DNA of 63,415 bases from Guillardia theta CCMP2712 (Eukaryota > Protista > Cryptophyta). The notes below the pieces were generated by a model. The model did no database searches. It saw only the letters and a list, made by a program, of their open reading frames with translations, and was not told where the DNA came from. Position 1 is the first letter of the stretch; each line of letters begins with the position of its first letter. Location of the stretch: contig NW_005434538.1 in assembly GCF_000315625.1 (NCBI RefSeq), positions 47,855 to 111,269 of the forward strand. Reading direction: 5' to 3'. Shown one piece after another: positions 1-12,600 of the stretch. The translations under genes and the position numbers were made by a program.

Positions 1-80
1 GAGGAGGAGGAGGAGGAGGAGGAGGAGGAGGAGGAGGAGGAGGAGGAGGAGGAGGAGGAGGAGGAGGAGGAGGAGGAGGA
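1..80. repeat. (GAG)n microsatellite, probably intronic in the kinesin gene
   Basis: Perfect GAG run from the window start to ~80, next to a putative minus-strand GT donor at ~87. Confidence 0.95.
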
Positions 81-87
81 GTCGACC

Positions 88-2544
88 TGAGTGGCGTCAT
101 GAAGAGGCTGCCATATCCTCCGTCATCCTGCCCGCTCGATCGCTGATCGTCTTGCTCGTACTGAACCTGCTTGGGCCAGTCAGCGACGTCTAGCAGAGCA
201 AGGAGAGGCAGTACAGGTTTGTGTCTCGAGCTCCAGGCAGAGAGGCTGCCTCCCTGTAGATGTCGCAAAGTCAACAACCCCCAACTCACCTCCTCCTCCC
301 AGTCCTCCTCCTCCTCAGGATCTCTCACTACCACCACCACCTCCTCTTCCTCCTCGTTCTTTCTCACCCTTCCTCCACTCCTTCGGAAGCAGTCGTCGTC
401 TACCATCCCCAGCTCCTCCCCACGTGGAGGGGTCCGCCTGTCCGGCGTGTCGAAGAAGTTCGCTGGGGTCAGGCGTCAGAGATTGACAGGCCCTGAGCCA
501 GCAGGGAGGCACCTGGGATGACACCGTCGAAGAGGCAGAGGGAATCTCCCGAGGAGTTCAGCAGCTGGCGAAGAGCTGGGGGTCAGCAGGAGACACAGGT
601 GAGCAGGAAGGGGAGATGACCTTGGAGAGAGGAGTGAGGGGAGTCATGCTCTCGTTTGACTTGCCGAGGGCGCTGGAGCACAGAGAGAGTCAGAGAATAT
701 GGAGCAAGGAGGAGGAGGAGGAGGAGGAGGAGGAGGAGGAGGAGGCTACAGATGGAGGAGGAAGGAGATTGAGTACCTTCCGAAGAAATCTCCTCCCTCG
801 CTCTTGCGCTGTGGCGTCTTGGCCAGTGAAAGTTCCATGGAGCAAGATAGGATGGTGCCTTCATCCCCCTCTTTCACCGGGTTTGTGTCAGCCTGAGGTT
901 CAGCCTGAGATCAGTTTTGAGGAGGAGGAAGAACTCGATCGCTACCTTGGTCATATGGTGAACCACCTCTGTCGGTCGAGGGTAGCTCGTCGTCCTCTCA
1001 ACCTTGGGCTGAACGGGTGGGGCTGGGGCTGCCTTGAAGGGATCGGCATGGTAGGGGATCAAGGATGGTTTCTTGTTGGCGGCCATCTTTGCCTTGCTGT
1101 CTTCCACCTTCCTCTTCTTCGAGTTCTGCAGCACACACCAGTCACACTCCTCCTCCTCCTCCTCCCCCCCCCCCCCCCTCATCCGCTTCTTACCTCCTTG
1201 TTCTGCTGCACTTGTCTGTTCATCATCACGTTGTTCATCTGCAGATCTCTCCATCCCGCCTGCTTCCCCATCGTCGTCCCCATCATCCCAGCCAGTGCGT
1301 ACGCCCGGGCGTCCACCCCGACCCTCTGGGTCCCCATCATCCCCCCCTTCCCGTACCCGCTGCCTACTTGGCTGTCGTTGCCGGTCTTGGCGGACCCGCG
1401 AGCCTTGTTGGCGTAGCAGAGGGAGTTGTGCGTGTCCTGGTAGAACTTGGGGTGGGGCGCTATACACGTCATCACCATCACCGAGGACGAAGGGTTCATC
1501 GAGTCCTGCAGCAGCTGAGTGATCTTGGTCTCCTTGTAGGGGATCTGTGCTGCGTGCGAGTTGAGAGCGTGGAGGACGGACCCGAGAGACTGGAGGGAGT
1601 GGCTGATGCAGTTGGTGTCCAGGTTCTTCGACTGGCTCCCTCCCTTCTTCCCGTCCTCGTTCCCTGCCAGATCCACGAAGTTCAGCTTGCCGTGATGTGC
1701 TTCTCCGTTGACGACCCTGACGGGCCGGAGGGTCACGAGCAAGTGATGCTTCAGCGAGCGGTTGGTCGACTTGAGGAAGGACATCCTGTCCTCCTTGGCT
1801 GTCTGATAGACCTTGAGGAAACTCTGGTAGGAGTCCACCCGGGCACGGCAGGGATCCGACGGCCCGTCCTGCCCGTCGAAGAGTTCACGAGCACCGCTGT
1901 CAAGGAGGTCGTACGCCGTGTTGTGGTGAACTTCGACGAGAGAGAACTCAAGGTATGAGTTGTTGGGATCGCATTTCATCTCGTTCAAACAGGCGCTGCC
2001 GCAGCTCCTGGCGTTCCCTTGGAAGAGATCCAGGAACAATTTGACGGATCGAACTAGCATCCCAGGATGGGCATCATTCCCCATCAGCGTGTGAGTCTTC
2101 CCTGATCCAGACACTCCAAAGGCAACAACAGCCGCGTTGTTACCTGCCAAGACTTGTTCGATCATCGGCTCGAGCTCCGTCTGAAAGATATCCTCCTGCG
2201 TCGAGGCTGCTGTGTACAACCTGAGAAACTCTTAGCAATCGATCGTGTGCAAGAAAGGAGTAAGTTTGAGAGAGAGAGCATCATGGCATATTGAACAACA
2301 ATCGAGAAGCTGAAGACAAGTTGTCTCACCCGTCAAACTGGTAGATCATAGATCCGCGACCTCCTCGTGGGTCATTCAGCTGAAGCGCCCTCACGCCATT
2401 GACGCTTGCAATCTCCGTGCAGCATCTTGTGCTCTCGGACGGGAGAGCAGGGCGAACTCTGCAGCAGACACGTGCATAGTTCCTCCTCCCTTCCCCTCGT
2501 CCAGCCTGCATCGCCGCTCCCTTCAACGTGCCGACGTTCGCCAT
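88..2544 (-). CDS. Kinesin motor protein, kinesin-10/KIF22(Kid)-like; multi-exon, 3' end probably outside the window
   Basis: Exon 1 (2544-2330) has RVCCRVRP. GT-AG intron 2329-2221 joins in frame (QFDG|LYTAASTQEDIF). Exon 2 has P-loop GVSGSGKTHT, LNFVDLAGNE, IPYKETKITQLLQDS and CIAPHPKFYQDTHNSLCYA, which resembles the KIF22 IAPE..FY.DT motif. Intron 1193-1126 and further low-complexity tail exons follow. Confidence 0.88.
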
Positions 2545-2931
2545 TGCCAGCCGGCCGTTAACACGCCAAATTGAATTCCACGCCCCTTTGAGCGATTATT
2601 ACTCAACTATCCTCACCCCTACCCCCCTACTAGACCGATAAAACACCCCATCAAAATTAACCCCTACCCCTACAGGCTCGTGCACATCGGAATGATTGTA
2701 CACCACCCCCCATATTCGCAGGAATTAGACCCCACCTTTCCGTGTTAGGTACCACGGGGCTCCATTTGTACCCCGACCCCACCCCTGCCCATCACTTCAA
2801 ATTCCTCTGTGAGTTTTTCGGTAGAGCTGCTAGTAGAAGTAGGTTGCTGCCTTTACTGCCTCCTATTTATCTTACCGAGGCGGACTCTTTGTCGGATTCA
2901 ATTCGTCGGGTAAAGCACAAGTCAGATGCCC

Positions 2932-3109
2932 GTTCTACAGCTATCATCGTGCTCAGTGTAGTCTGATGCTTGTTCTACAGTCATTATCGTGCTACTGTCT
3001 GTTCTACAGCTATCATCTTGCTCTGTGTAGTCTGATGCTTGTTCTACAGTCATTATCGTGCTACTGTCTGTTCTACAGCTATCATCTTGCTCTGTGTAGT
3101 CAGATGTCT
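2932..3109. repeat. 69-bp tandem repeat (~2.6 copies) of alternating 40-bp and 29-bp subunits, each starting GTTCTACAG
   Basis: Units at 2932-3000, 3001-3069 and a partial unit at 3070-3109, near-identical. Confidence 0.9.
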
Positions 3110-3657
3110 CGTATACAGTTTTTCTCTTGCTCTGTGGTGGGTTTGCTCGTCGTACGTGTCATGCCTGAGTTGATGCTTTCACGATGAAATCCTTCATTTG
3201 ATCATCGCGACCCACCTGAGGATCTTATTGTGCTGGTTGGCACACGAAGATGCTGATTGCGAGATTGTCAGCAGCGCTAGCAGCATCTCAATCGTCAACG
3301 GCGTGTTTTCTGCATTCCGTCATCAAACTAGAGCTTGCATTCATTTCGCTGAAGATTTCTCGCAATGTCGGCCATTGACGTCAAGAAAACTTGAACGGCT
3401 CTCCAAGATGTGCTGCTGACAGCAAACAGACAGTCAGAGGTACAACGGCCAGTCAAGTGTGAACCACCATTGCTTACTGTTGTACGAACAACTGAGCGTG
3501 GTTTTTTCCATTCATGACCGTGAATGGCTCATGGGAGCATTCTAGACTTCCAGTCAAACTCCAACAAATTCAAAATTCTATCACCGCGTCTGTTGCACAC
3601 ACCATATCACTTTATTGGTGAATCTGATTAATCCTATTGTTGGGAAACTCAGAAATA

Positions 3658-6600
3658 TCAATCCTTTTCTTGCTTCAAGAGATCGTGAACTGAAATAAAG
3701 TTCTTCCCATCTCTGTTGATATACACACTTCGCAGTTTCTGTCCTGGCGCTGACCCTGAGGCATCTCCATCATCGACTCCGGATCGGAAGAATTCCAACA
3801 CATCTGCGAATGTTTTGCCTTTCTCTTCTATTTTCCCCCCTTCAATCACTTTGCCTTCCCTCTGCTCAGATGTCACTTGAAGTTTCCACACACCTTCCTC
3901 TCCATGTTCAAAGCTCACCGCCTCTTGCTTCGCCGGACGGTATGATATGTTGTCACCCACCCGCACTGCTCCTTCTTGGAACTTCCTCTTCCACTTTTCT
4001 ATCCTCCACAAGTCTCCCTGCTTCTCGGCAGCTTTACCCTGCAACAAACGTCAGCAGCGACTGACTGACAGCCTCGCTCTCACCTTCTTCGCAGGACTCT
4101 CCCCTACCGGAGGTTCAGAGCTCTTCCTCTTCTCCGGCTCCTCAGTCTTGGGCTTCTTGGATGAGTCGCTGCTCTCCTCCTCAGCCTGTGGCTTCGCCTC
4201 CTGCTGCTTCGCCTCCTGCTGCTTCGCTTCATCTGCCTCCTGCTGCTTCGCTTCATCCGCCTCCTGCTACTCTCGTCAGCGAGCGACACAAGCGAGATGC
4301 AGGCTTACGGCTCGTAGCCCCTCCCCCTTGTCTTGAGCAGCCTGACACATTCTGATTAGGATCGACGCTTGTGAGACAAGATGGAGCTGCTAGACAGACC
4401 TTCTTCTCCTCCTCGCTACTGCAGCAGATGACGACAAAGTCCATCGTACTCTCGGCATTGTCTGATTGTGATGCCTCTATCATGTCAACATCGTCCTCTT
4501 GACTCGCGTCCTCCTTGCAAGGCAACACAGTGGTCCAAGTCTTGGTCATGTTTCCGATGCGAAGGTTTTTGATCTTGTCGTCTATCTTCTCCTTCATGGA
4601 TTCATACGCCTTGGCGGGGAGGATCAAGTTGATCTTTCTGATACATTCCTTATCTCGCAGCAGGTTCCGAACGATGTTAAAGAACGGTTTAAACGCTTCG
4701 ACGTCGTCCCACATGATATTTAACTCCTCGAGTTTGACTCTGTCGAGACTTTTATCTGAAAGCTCGTTCCACTTTCTGCCTGCAGGGACCTCTGCAAAGA
4801 AAGGCTGGTCACCTTCAGACTCGTCCAATGCACGCCTAGACGGAAAGTAGAAAATATTCCTTTGGCTCTCTACCAGGCTCACAAGGAAGGGTATCGAGGC
4901 CTTGGAAGTACTTGTCGTCACGATAGCTTCATCGACTTGCATTCTTTCACGGGCCTCATATGGAAACAATACATCCAAGTACACTGCCTCGCACATTTCT
5001 TGACCTTCCAGCTCTTTGATGTCCCTGTAACTCTCCTTGTAGGCAAAGCTGATGTCTCCGCCTTGTATCCTGCAAGTGACCTTCTTGATGTCTGACTGCG
5101 GATACAACCTTTTCAGCCTCTTGACGATAGTCTCGTACACATCACTCAGAGTTGACATGTCGCTACCACATGCAACGTTGAAGATCTGTCGACCATTCAC
5201 ATGCACCCGACAGACTACCTCGCAGGCCTCAGGCTGATCGTCAACCTCCAGCCTGTCATGAAGGCTGCGGTGCTGCTTGTGATGAAAGAAGCGGTTCACC
5301 TTCAGCACTGCCAGACCCGCCTCCTCGCACAGGTTGTTGAAATCCACGTCCTCCCACACCTTCTTGGGTGGAAACAAAACTCCCTTGCCAATCGTCGACT
5401 TGACATTCAGCAAGAAGAACGAGTAGACGCTGTGAGTTATCTTGAAGGGAACACTGCTGTTCATGAACACGTTCACATCTCGTCGCATCCCGATCACTGC
5501 ATAGCCGTCCGTGTTCCCGCGAACGTCCTGTATTGTAGAGATATCAGACGTGCTCTTGACTCCTCGCTCCATGGCAGCAGCTTTAGCCGCAGCTCCTCGC
5601 ACAGCCTGACAGCTCTTGGGTATCATGCTCGACTCATGATCGAAGAAGCCGTCTGTCTTCGGACACGCTTGTCCCTTCCCTTGCTTGTGGTGTTGGCGGC
5701 ATATCTCTTCAGATGACTTGGGTGCATCACTGATCATATCCTGCATCTGCAGCATTATCGTCGCAAACGAGCAAGCAACAGGCGGGTGAAGTAGCGGCGG
5801 GTCGCTTGCAAACATCTTGCTCAGGTCCAGCTGGTAGCAATCGAGAACGTTGTCGTCGATCATCCAGACTCTCTCCAGGCCCAGCAGGTGCGCGAACAGC
5901 TGGGCGAACAGCCTCGCGTATCCTATCCCTCCGTCCTGCGGGGTCAGGCGAAGCTTTCCGTCATCGGGCATCTGGCGCTCAAACTGCTCAAAGCGAAAGC
6001 CCAGCTCGCTTACAGCCTCGCTCAGAATCATCTCGTGCGACAGAGCGACCACGATGTACTCGCTTCCTACCTCGCTGACGTAGCTCGAGAACTGCCCGTC
6101 TCCCTCGCTGTCATCCGGTCGTACAAGCAACATCTGCCGTACAGGTACGTCGCGGTCTCCCTCTTTGAAGGCGCTCGATCGATCAAGAAATGCAGCTCGC
6201 CCTGTCTGGATGCTGCCGGCAGCGTCTCGCTTGTAAGAAGCAGTCATCACCCAGTTGCGGATAGCTTTCTCCCCTTGAAGCTCAACAGCGCCATTCACTC
6301 TCCCGTCCTTGAGCGAGAAATACCGTGACACTTGTTCTTCTCCGAAAGGAAAGGAAATCCTCGGCCATCGACGCTCGTCGTCTCCAAACAAGCGAGCTAT
6401 CCTCACGCCTCTCATCATCGGCGACAGTCGCAGCAGCTTCACCTTGGTCTTCTCTGGGAGCGTGTGGAGGCAGAGGCATCGCGCAGGGAAATCATTCTTC
6501 ACTTGCCCTGTCGCGAGTCCTTGAGAGGTCCCAGCCGTCGTTTCCCTGCCCTCCCATGCAATGTTCTGAAGGTCTGTTTTCGAACCCAAGGCAGAGAGAC

Positions 6601-9600
6601 TGAGCTCGCTCTTGTCCTGGTTTGATTGGAGCAGAGTTTCACCAGATCGAGTTTTCAATCCTGCTTTCATCATGTCTGCAACGATAGAAGGCATGCTGTC
6701 TTCCCTGTCCCACTCGACGATGTCTCTCAGTCTCTCAACGTCTAAGATCCTCAGCTTGACTTCAGCTCCTTCTGAGATGATCTCGATCGGACTGCTGTCA
6801 CTCTTCCACACTTTCTTTAGGAGACGAATGACTTTCTCCTTCACTTGTATGCACTCGCCCTCAGCGTTCTGGCTTGACGCTGGAGCCAGCAGCGCTTTAC
6901 AGTACAGCTGCTGCCATGACGACCGGCCACGACTGTCCCGCAGACACTTGGCCAGAAGCCTCAGGCGCTGAAAGATCACCATCTTGTGATATTTCCCCTC
7001 CTTCATCTTGAAAAGACCAAGCTTCTGCCCAGCTAGATCCCGCCAGAACGGCATCTCCCAGGCAAGGCGGGTTTGGAACTCAACCTTTATCGGGTAATCC
7101 TCTGGTCGTATTTGAGGTATGCAGGCATACTCACTGTCAGCTCTCAGACCAACTTCTCTCCTGAGAAAGTTGAGAAGGTGCAGATACGCTCCTGTCTTGC
7201 CGATCTGACACTCTGCATGTAAAAGAAAGCGAAGCTGATGCTGTCTTCTTTTCGTGTGGTCTTGACACCAGTCGCAATGATTGACTCTGACTCTCTTGGA
7301 GCCTTCTCCCTCAGCCTTTGCTCGCGTCACGGCCACGTGTTGGTTCCTGTAGTCATGCAGCTCGTTCTTCTGGTAGCTGATGACCAGCTGACCCCTGTCG
7401 TCTCTTCGCTTCATGTGCGTGTGAAGTTGTGGGCTGAGTCGGATGCATTCCCAGATCTCTTTGCTGCAGTATTCAGCTGTCTCCACTGCTTTCATGAGCG
7501 TGTCGTACAAGGAGGAGCTCACGAGGGCAGACGGGAGGTCATGCTCCAGCTCCTTCAGCACTCCTCCGTGAGGGCAGTTGTGCCTGCTAGCTAGCCAAGC
7601 CAAGCTTGCGCTGTCCCGCACGATTATGTACGTGCTATCTGGACATTTCTTGACTTGTGAACTGTCCTGGACTCTGATCTTCGTCTCATCGTCCTGTCTT
7701 CGAGACTCTGTTATCTTGAGACACTGAACGTCTCCCCATGATGGTGATCCTCCTATCTTAAACGTACTCGTGGGGAAGCGAATGAGCATACAGCCTTTCA
7801 GATCCTCAGCCATTGATGCTTGGGCGCTTCTGTCAACATTCCGATCCAGCGTGTACCAATCTTCTTCACCTCTCCTTCCAGGCGACAAGGTCTTGCCACG
7901 TTCCACGACCTGCAGAATACTTTTCTGAGTCCAGCTGGACAAGCTCCACGCTATCCCAATGAGTCGCTTCCCATCGAGACCTTGTGACAGATCCACTTCA
8001 TCGTCTGCAGCATTCGCATACACAACGATCGGCCGTCCCTTCCCTTCGAACCATCTCTTCTCCTTTGCTACCTGCACCGCCTCCTCCGATGTCTCGAAGC
8101 AGTGCTCCTCACGCAAAGTCGGGTAGCGACAGAGTCTGCCCATCTCCTGCGGCACGTTCAAGTCAGTAGGAGGAGGTTGAGGACCCCGCGGTCAAGTACA
8201 CGAGGCGACAAGAGGTCGCACCTGGATCAGCGTCGTCGTGTTGTCAGACGAGCGCACGCGCAAGTCAAGACAATCGAAGGAGTGCGGGAACGTGTCGCCC
8301 ATGCGGCCCTTCTCGATCAGGACCAAGATACACGGGAGTCCCTCCAGGTCCTTGTAGTTCAGGCTCGTCAACTTCTTTCCACGCGCTCTGCCTTGAATGA
8401 GCGAGTTGATAGAGCGAGGTGCTTTGTCCTTGTCGTAGGTCAGCGGCTCATCTCGAAACTGAGTTTCAATGCAGTCGTACAGCTCAGACCCTCCGTAGTC
8501 TTCGATGACCGCGAATACCGAATCTCCAAACAAGGATTTGCGTATTCGCTTCAGCTCCTCACAAACCTCATCGGCTAGCTTGATGCTAAACATTCCGACT
8601 ACTTTCATATGTCCGTAAAGACCCCCGTTATGCTTGCGCTGGCTTAGAAGATCCTTGACTATTCTGTCTGTCTCGTTGAATTGGAAGTAGTCGTCTGCCT
8701 CCATGAACGAGTCGTCATCATTCACTTCAACACTTTCTTCCTTCGCCTCTGACTTCAGTTTGATGTAGAACACCTCTGCGATACAATCCCGAGCCGCACT
8801 CCCACTTCTCTCCTCCTTCAGGGTCTCCTTGACTCGCTCCCGCAGCTTCGCACAAGCTTGTCTAGCTCCACTTGACTTGCACTTGTTTGCTATTGTCATG
8901 TATTCTTCCTCGAGCTTCAACTTCTCCAGATCTTTAAGAGTGATATTGTGCAAGTCGTCAGCAACACTCTTCAGCCTGCCAGTGCTTCGGTCCCAACGGA
9001 CTTTGTGAAAGTAGAGCATCGAAAGGATAAAGTCTGCGAGCCAGACATGCTCCCTGACGGCTTCTTCTTCTTCCTTCTTCTTCCTCGAAACTTTGACGGA
9101 CTCCATCAGCGTGCTGATCAGGTTGTTTTCTCGACGGATGAGTTGATTCCGCACGTCCTCTCGAGTTTGATCGTCTGCAGAAGCCTCTTCACCGGGTAGG
9201 ATACACTCATCTAAGACATAAGACGGCAAAGTTCGCAGGAAGTCTTCAAACCGAAAGTATATCGTCCGGTATCTCCGCGATCTCAGCTTCCACTTGATCA
9301 CGTGCAGCTCCTCATCAAACTCGCCAGTCTTTTGCTCCTTCGCTTCTTGCACCGGCTTGTAAGGATCATCCTCCTCGAACTTCACGTACTTCTCGGGTAT
9401 CCTACTGTGGAGGGTGAGGTTTGGGTACGGTGTAGCACTGACTTGCAACACTATGAAGTTCTTCTTCTCCATCAGGTTTGGATCATTGATAATCAGGTCT
9501 TGAGGGCTGCCTTTGTTCAACGCCCAATGCGACTCATCGGAGATCAGCACAAACAGCGTCTTGTCTGAAATGCTCAGAATCTTCTTTCTCAGCTGCTCCG

Positions 9601-12600
9601 CCGCAGGTGCTTGATGAGCAACGACCTTGTTACACTCTCTGTCTGAGGTCATATCGGAGAACAAGGTCTCGAGCATGCGTGCTTCGGTCTGCTGCTTGAG
9701 GGTCAAGAAGTTCGGAACAAGAATCGCAAAGTCAAGCTTCTCAAAGTCTCTCAGGCTCATCTTCTCTTCCTGCAACACAAACTTGAGTCGGTTCAAGATC
9801 CGGCCGGCTACCGCCTTCTGCTCCGGAAACACTCTCCCTAACGCACGAGCATCCGTCTCGATCTCTGAGGCGTCGAGCGGTCGCAGCGTCTCTAGAACAT
9901 CTTCAGATGACGGAAGCACCGACGCCTCGACCCTCATCTTGATCACCAGCTGAAGCCCGAGCTCAGGGTCTTGGTTTGACCTCTGCTTGTTGTATCGCTC
10001 CGATATGGCTTGAAAGTAACCCGTGTCTTGACGATCAAACGTCTTTCTGCCCCCAAACCCATCATCGAGTATCTCGATCTTGACGATCCTCTCGATTCCT
10101 CTCACTCGACATGGCTTGGTGAACTCCTCAGACTCGAAGGCTTCCTTCACACGCTTCTCAAACTCTTCTGGAGTGAGTTGCTCAAGATCCTGCTGGATAA
10201 TCTCGATCGCTGATTTATGTCCCTTACAGCCTCCTGCACCTTGAAGCTCAATCCTGCATGGTCTGTCTGAGACCTCCTGCCTCTGCTCAGCCTCGCTGAG
10301 CAGGTTGAGCTCTTTTTCCAACAACTCAATGTCTGCTGTTTGACGCATGATGATAAGAAAGCCAATGGTGCGATCTTCCAGCCTTTGTCCTTCATTGATG
10401 CGAATCATCTGTATTCTGCTGGGTTTACTATCTGCAGGAACGGAAGGGCCTTCGCCTTCACTTCCCACAAATACTTCTACGAACCTGAAACTGCCATCAG
10501 CGTTCAAACTCTGCCAAGTCCATCTTTCTGTCTGTTTTTGAGTCGACTTTGTCATACAGTCGTAGATTTGTTCTTTCCCTCGTGAAGGCAGCTTTTGACT
10601 TATCAGATCATTCTTTTCTCTCTGATTCATACCGAGTGCGCGCGCCATCATGGCTGCGCCTTCCAGCAACTCGCGCTTTTGCGAATCATTATTCTCGGAT
10701 TCTTTGGCTTTGTTAATGCAGCCGAGGACGTTGATTTCTTTGTTTTTAGTCAGGCGTTTTTGCAAGGCAGTCACCAGCTGGGGAAAGAACGAAATGTCTG
10801 TCATCATGCTCTGATGTTCGAGAGACAAGTCAGAGTAAAAAGCACATTCGTGAGCTTCAAGCCTCTTCAAGTCAATCTTCAAATCTTGACAAATCTTCTT
10901 CATCCATATGCTGGTTTCTTCGTCGACACCAACAGTAATTCCGATACCTGCCCCATCGAAGCTTTCTTCGATTTCCATTTTCACTGAAAGCATTGACCTG
11001 GCCAAGTAAACAAAAGTGTCAAAATGAATATTCGCAAACAAAGCTTCTCCTGAAGAATCCGTTGCTAAATCTGCTGGTAGACTTTGAAAATATCTAAGAG
11101 ATTATGATGATCAAATCTAAGAAAATTTCAAAAAACAAGCCATCTTGTTTTCTCACTACACTGGACCCATCTCTTGTGCTGTCCTCGCGTGAGATTTCTC
11201 GCCAGTTCCTCAGGTCATCGGCCTCTTCCACATTGCAAACAAAACAAAATGCTAGAAGGCATGAAAAAATGGTAGTTCTACAGTTCGCTTACCCTGCAAG
11301 CGGGGTTTCTTGGACCCCAGCAGAGTCAGCACTCAATTTCTTGCTAGTCTTGGCAGGAACTTTCTCTTCTCGATATGTCACTTTCTTCACAGGGTCGACC
11401 TGTTGAAACCAAAAATAAGAAAGAAAGTTATCCAGACAACAAAATGAAACGGCAAATCTTTACGCACCTTTTCCATTTTGATGTTTGGTTTCGAATCTTC
11501 AAGAGATTTTCGATCTGGAAGTTCAAGTCATACTCCTCTCGTTCAAGTCAATCAAACGCTTGACCTTTTCTTTGAGGCAAGATTGTTATCGATCCTGCCC
11601 CACATGATTTCAGTATGTTGATTGAGATGGGCAACGAAGAGGTTGTTTAGTACCTGGTTGCTCCAATTTCTTCCAATCAATGAATTTCGACACACCTCCC
11701 CCGACGGTGAGCAGCAGGGTCCGAAGCATCTCTACCTCCTTCGCTTCCATCCTCTCCTCCATCTCCCCGTACTCACGAGGTCCGCTCAGCCAACCGCTGC
11801 TGCTGATCCATGTTCGAAACAAGCCCTCTTTTCCATTCCCGCCTAGAACCTCTCGGACGCTCTTCGCAAGCATCACTGACATACAAGCGCTGCTCAATCT
11901 TGTCATCTTCAAGAACGCAACGCAGCTGCCGGTCTCGACGACTCGAGACAGAACGTGAACAGCAAGCAGAGGGCTCAGTCGCCCTTCTTGGTCAGCGGTT
12001 ATCTTGTCTTTGAGATATTCTTCCGCAAGGTCTAGTGCCTCCTCTTGTTCTTTTTCCCCCTTACTGTAGTGATCTGCAAGATAGTCGTTCCTGGTCCACC
12101 ATTTTATTTCTGCATTCGCCTCCTCTTCCATATGTCTCAATGAGCTTCTAATCTCCTCGCGCACTGTGAAATCAATAGCTGCTGTCACCATCTTCTTCCT
12201 GTCAATCTCCCCGTATCTCTCTCGTATCCATCGCTCCAGTTTCTCTGACCAGATCTCATCGGCAACCATGGCCTTCCCAACTGTTTTGATCAGCTCAGGC
12301 CCGACCATCTGCTTTGCAAAGGCATGAAAGAATCCTCGGTCACCTTGTTTTTTGTACGTCGTGCCCTTGTTGCTCAGGAACACCAAAAGGAACATCGAGC
12401 ATATTTTCCATCGTGGACCCTTATCTTGCAAGCTAAAAAGGCTTTTTCTTACGAGCTGGAGGAGACTTTCTCGGAAAACATCTGCTCCTGTTCGTGTTGC
12501 TGCAGGACTGTACGCTGCTACAACCTGCACCCCCGAGTCTGTACTGTCTGGCTGCATCCCCTCGCTTTGAATCAAGCTTTCCACTCCCATCCTTATCTGT

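Noticed and set aside
616-1958. Plus-strand ORFs of 266 and 297 aa
   Set aside because: Antisense shadows of the GC-rich kinesin exons and repeat-filled introns.
2932-3109. CRISPR-like repeat-spacer appearance
   Set aside because: The spacers are themselves repeated, the context is eukaryotic and there are no cas genes.
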